Shown piece by piece: positions 60,938 through 64,000 of a DNA stretch of 64,000 nucleotides. The stretch covers positions 96,001 to 160,000 of the forward strand of contig CAXXSM010000149.1 in assembly GCA_963663405.2 (NCBI GenBank), in the 5' to 3' direction. The stretch's first letter is position 1. Each line of letters begins with the position of its first letter. Made by a program: the position numbers and the translations under genes. Origin of the DNA: a bacterium. GTDB taxonomy: Bacteria > Hinthialibacterota > Hinthialibacteria > Hinthialibacterales > Hinthialibacteraceae. The notes beneath the pieces are model-generated. The model was not told where the DNA came from and made no database searches. It was given only the letters and a program-made list of their open reading frames with translations.

Positions 60938-61696
60938 CTAGTGTTCTCTATAAACCTGAAGCGGCGTCTTATATCCCAAGGCTTGGTGTAGACGCTCATT
61001 ATTGTAGAACTGAAAATAATCCGTTAGTCCGCGCACACAATCATTCACCGTTTCGTAACTTTTGATATAGACCTCCTCATATTTCACTGACCGCCATAAC
61101 CGTTCGACGAAAATATTATCGAACACTCGGCCTCTTCCATCCATGCTGATGAGAGTCCTCTCTTTCTTCAAGCGACTCGTAAAATCCGTGCTTGTGAATT
61201 GAGAGCCTTGGTCACTGTTGAAGATCGTTGGCTTATCAATTTCAAAAGCCATCTCCAACGCTTCGAGGCAAAAGTCAACCTCCATCGAAGTGGAGACTTT
61301 CCATGACACCACATAACGACTAAACCAGTCTAAGATCGCCACCAGGTAAACAAATCCTTGGCGCATACGTATATAGGTGATATCGGTGCTCCACACGTGA
61401 TTGGGTCTTTCGATTTTCACTCCCTTCAACAGGTATGGATATTTCTTATGCTGAACATTTCCGAGGCTCAAACGAGGCTTCGGGTAGATCGTCTCCAAGC
61501 CCATCACTCGCATTAAACGACCGATTCGTTTCTTATTCACAACCCGTCCTAGAGTTCTCAACCATTTCTGCATTTTCCGAATTCCGTAAAACGGTGTCCG
61601 GGTATATTGTTCATCAAGCAGGTTCATCAGCGCTACATTTTCGGCTGATTCGCCCACGGGTTGATAATAAAATCCTGAACGAGACAACCCCAGCAA
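60938..61696 (-). CDS. IS3-family transposase OrfB (frame stays open upstream to the A9 tract at ~61777)
   Basis: WSTDITY, YLVAILDWFSR, FNSDQGSQF, DNIFVERLWRSVKYE, YNNERLHQALGYKTP. Confidence 0.93.
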   Translation of the reverse strand: MLGLSRSGFYYQPVGESAENVALMNLLDEQYTRTPFYGIRKMQKWLRTLGRVVNKKRIGRLMRVMGLETIYPKPRLSLGNVQHKKYPYLLKGVKIERPNHVWSTDITYIRMRQGFVYLVAILDWFSRYVVSWKVSTSMEVDFCLEALEMAFEIDKPTIFNSDQGSQFTSTDFTSRLKKERTLISMDGRGRVFDNIFVERLWRSVKYEEVYIKSYETVNDCVRGLTDYFQFYNNERLHQALGYKTPLQVYREH

Positions 61697-61757
61697 TTCA
61701 CATTGCCTCTTTATTGAAATCTCAGAATTAGTTAGTTCGATCCAACTTCGTCTTTTC

Positions 61758-62057
61758 TTAACTGAGCACGTTAGACTTTTTTTTTACCCAATCAAGTTCG
61801 ACTTTCATTTGCCCAATCTGGCGGTAAAGTTCCGACGTCAGTTCTTCGGCTTCCGCTTGACTCTTTTCTTGCTTGCGTGAAAACAAGCCTGGGATTTCTT
61901 CCAACAGGCGCTTTTTCCACTGTCGAATCTGGCTCACATGAATTTTGTAATCGCTCGCTATCTGGGTTAAGGTCTTCTCTCCTTTGATTGCCTCCAGTGC
62001 CACTTTGCCTTTGAACGCTCCATCAAAATTTTTTCGCATTTTCATCATTTGGTTCAC
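61758..62057 (-). CDS. IS3-family transposase OrfA (HTH)
   Basis: FKGKVALEAIKGEKTLTQIA..IH..QIRQWKK; LYRQIGQMKVELDWVKKKS. Confidence 0.92.
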   Translation of the reverse strand: MNQMMKMRKNFDGAFKGKVALEAIKGEKTLTQIASDYKIHVSQIRQWKKRLLEEIPGLFSRKQEKSQAEAEELTSELYRQIGQMKVELDWVKKKSNVLS

Positions 62058-62262
62058 CTCTTCTACCTATTGTCGGCTTCGAGGTAACCTACCTTAGATG
62101 GCTGTCCGAATTTTGGGGTACAGTATACATCTATTATTTTGTTCTGGAATTAATAAAAAATAAAGATAAAACGAAATCAAGGATATCAAATCGAGGATGA
62201 GTCTACAAAAATCATATCAATGACTTATTGATACAAACATCATTCCTATTTCGTTTGACGGG

Positions 62263-63690
62263 TCATAGATCCCTTAAGTACCGATCGGCGCCTTTGGCTG
62301 CTTGGCGGCCGTCCCAAATGGCCCAGACGACTAAGGAGGCGCCGCGTGACATATCGCCTGCGGCGAATACGCCGGAAACGCTGGTCATCGAATTCTCATC
62401 AATTTGGACCGCCCATCGAGGGGTGTATTCGACGCCGAGATCGTTGAGAAGACCTTCTTTTACAGGCCCCGTGAATCCCATCGCGAGCAGAACCAATTGT
62501 GTTTCCACTTCGAATTCACTGCCGGGAACCTTGGTCATGGGCTGACGGCCATCCGGGCCGGGTTCCCCGAATTCGACGTGAACGGCGTGGAGTCTCTCCA
62601 CTTGTCCGTTGGATCCGGTTAAGCGTTTTGTGCAGACTTTCCAATCCCGAATCCCTCCTTCCTCGTGCGAGGTGGAATTGCGCAGAATGAAAGGCCATGC
62701 CGGCCAGGGCATATTCTCGGTTCGTTCGGTAGGTGGTTTGGGCAGAATTTCGAATTGATACACTTTCTTCGCGCCCTGGCGAATTGACGTGCCTAAGCAG
62801 TCGGAACCGGTATCGCCTCCACCGATAATCACAACGGTTTTATCCTTGGCGGAAATGAGTTTCTCTTCGGGGATCGGGATACCGGCGTTTCGCCGGTTTT
62901 GCTGCGCGAGGAATTCCATCGCGAAGTGAACGCCTTTCAGATCACGTCCTTCAACGGGAAGATCGCGGGGTTGCATGGCGCCGCCGGTCAGAACGATGAC
63001 GTCAAATTTTTCGCGCAGTTCATCAGCAGTGATATCAACGCCCGCGTGCGTGTTGGTTTTAACAATGACACCTTCTTCCACCATTAACGCCAAACGGCGG
63101 TCGATCAATTCTTTTTCAAGTTTGAAATCAGGGATTCCAAAACGCAAGAGGCCGCCAACCCGTTCCGCTTTTTCAAACAAGGTGACAGTATGTCCCGCCC
63201 GGTTGAGTTGCTGGGCCGCCGCCATTCCCGCCGGCCCACCGCCGATGACGGCCGCGGTTTTCCCTGTACGGACTTTGGGAGGCTCCGCTTTCACCCAGCC
63301 TTCCGCAAACGCGCGATCGATAATGGCTCGTTCGATTTCCTTGATGGTCACAGGATCATCGATGATCGATACCACACAGGCGGCCTCGCAGGGAGCGGGA
63401 CAAACCCGCCCGGTAAATTCCGGAAAGTTATTGGTTTTGTGCAGGCGTTTGATCGCCTCTTCCCAGCGCCCCCGGTAGACCAGATCGTTGAAGTCGGGAA
63501 TGAGATTCCCCAGCGGACAGCCGGAATGACAAAATGGAATTCCACAATCCATGCACCGCGCGCCTTGGGTCTTCAGTTTCTCTTCGGGTAGGTGACCGTG
63601 AAACTCCTTAAAATGCTGGATCCGCTCTTCGATAGGAGAGTCAGCGGGAGTTTCTCTGTTATATTCCATAAAACCGGTTTTTTTTCCCAT
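62263..63690 (-). CDS. gltD: Glutamate synthase small (beta) subunit
   Basis: MGK.TGFMEY, RCMDCGIPFC, CPLGNLIPD, TNNFPEFTGRVCPAPCE, GGGDTGSDC, AGDMSRGASLVVWAI. Confidence 0.97.
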   Translation of the reverse strand: MGKKTGFMEYNRETPADSPIEERIQHFKEFHGHLPEEKLKTQGARCMDCGIPFCHSGCPLGNLIPDFNDLVYRGRWEEAIKRLHKTNNFPEFTGRVCPAPCEAACVVSIIDDPVTIKEIERAIIDRAFAEGWVKAEPPKVRTGKTAAVIGGGPAGMAAAQQLNRAGHTVTLFEKAERVGGLLRFGIPDFKLEKELIDRRLALMVEEGVIVKTNTHAGVDITADELREKFDVIVLTGGAMQPRDLPVEGRDLKGVHFAMEFLAQQNRRNAGIPIPEEKLISAKDKTVVIIGGGDTGSDCLGTSIRQGAKKVYQFEILPKPPTERTENMPWPAWPFILRNSTSHEEGGIRDWKVCTKRLTGSNGQVERLHAVHVEFGEPGPDGRQPMTKVPGSEFEVETQLVLLAMGFTGPVKEGLLNDLGVEYTPRWAVQIDENSMTSVSGVFAAGDMSRGASLVVWAIWDGRQAAKGADRYLRDL

Positions 63691-63692
63691 TG

Positions 63693-64000
63693 TTAAGACA
63701 CCTCTTTCAATGCCAATTCTTCTTGACGGGCGCGAGCGGCTTGTTCCATCAACACACGGCGGTAATCTCTCGGCATGACCTTCACAAATTGAGGCAGCGC
63801 GCGATCCCAGCGGTTTAGGATACCTTCCGCAACGGTACTCTTTGTGAATGTGAGGTGGCGTTCGATCATGCTCTTTAGTTCTTCGATATCGTCCGGTTCA
63901 GTAACCGGTTCAAGATCGACCATGCCTTTATTGCAGTGTGTTTCGAAGGTTCCGTCTTCGTCGTAGACGTACGCGGTTCCACCACTCATTCCCGCTGCAA
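63693..64000 (-). CDS. gltB: Glutamate synthase large (alpha) subunit, C-terminal end (partial)
   Basis: AGMSGGTAYVYD..CNKGMVDLE..FVKVMPRDYRR, immediately upstream of gltD. Confidence 0.95.
   Translation of the reverse strand, partial: AAGMSGGTAYVYDEDGTFETHCNKGMVDLEPVTEPDDIEELKSMIERHLTFTKSTVAEGILNRWDRALPQFVKVMPRDYRRVLMEQAARARQEELALKEVS

Larger units (their letters stand above)
60602..62127 (-). mobile_element. IS3-family insertion sequence
   Basis: Imperfect TIRs TGAGGTGTACCCCATTGTCAAGACAG (from 60602) and TATACTGTACCCCAAAATTCGGACAG (reverse complement from 62127); orfA/orfB present; no clear TSD. Confidence 0.85.

Noticed and set aside
60598-62131. Target-site duplication for the IS3 element
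   Set aside because: Flanks (GAAT versus CATC) do not match.

Overview
Bacterial chromosomal window dominated by carbohydrate and sugar-acid utilisation genes (GH2, GH13, GH10, GH39-like, DUF6259-like, two BNR/sialidase-like proteins, a tandem esterase, DUF1080), with housekeeping genes towards the right (hflX, GT2, LysE, tRNA-Leu(TAG), gltD, 3' end of gltB). The most striking pattern is a module that recurs three times: a type IV pilin/pseudopilin-like gene (G/A|FTLIE) directly next to a large, acidic, secreted multi-beta-sandwich protein. These proteins end in a shared short tail, [TS]-x-[VI]-x-[DEN]-W-x-[LMI]-[YH]. Two modules sit with a GntR regulator, paralogous MFS transporters and sugar catabolic enzymes; the third sits with a beta-propeller sensor kinase/NarL pair. 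No TonB-dependent or ABC transporter is present. This looks like a PUL-analogous glycan-foraging and secretion system (inference). A second notable unit is an adjacent gene pair reproducing hydrazine-synthase architecture (HzsA-like plus fused HzsBC-like) in a heterotrophic context. Mobile DNA comprises an intact IS1634 (TIRs, 5-bp TSD) inserted into a hairpin, and an integrase+IS91-like element and an IS3 element downstream of tRNA-Leu; the integrase and the IS3 transposase are each split at a poly-A tract. Several dispersed palindromic repeats are also present. The pilin expansion and W-tail recall Hinthialibacterota (OLB16)/Sumerlaeota-like lineages, but this is recollection-based and untested. 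No CRISPR array or rRNA was seen.
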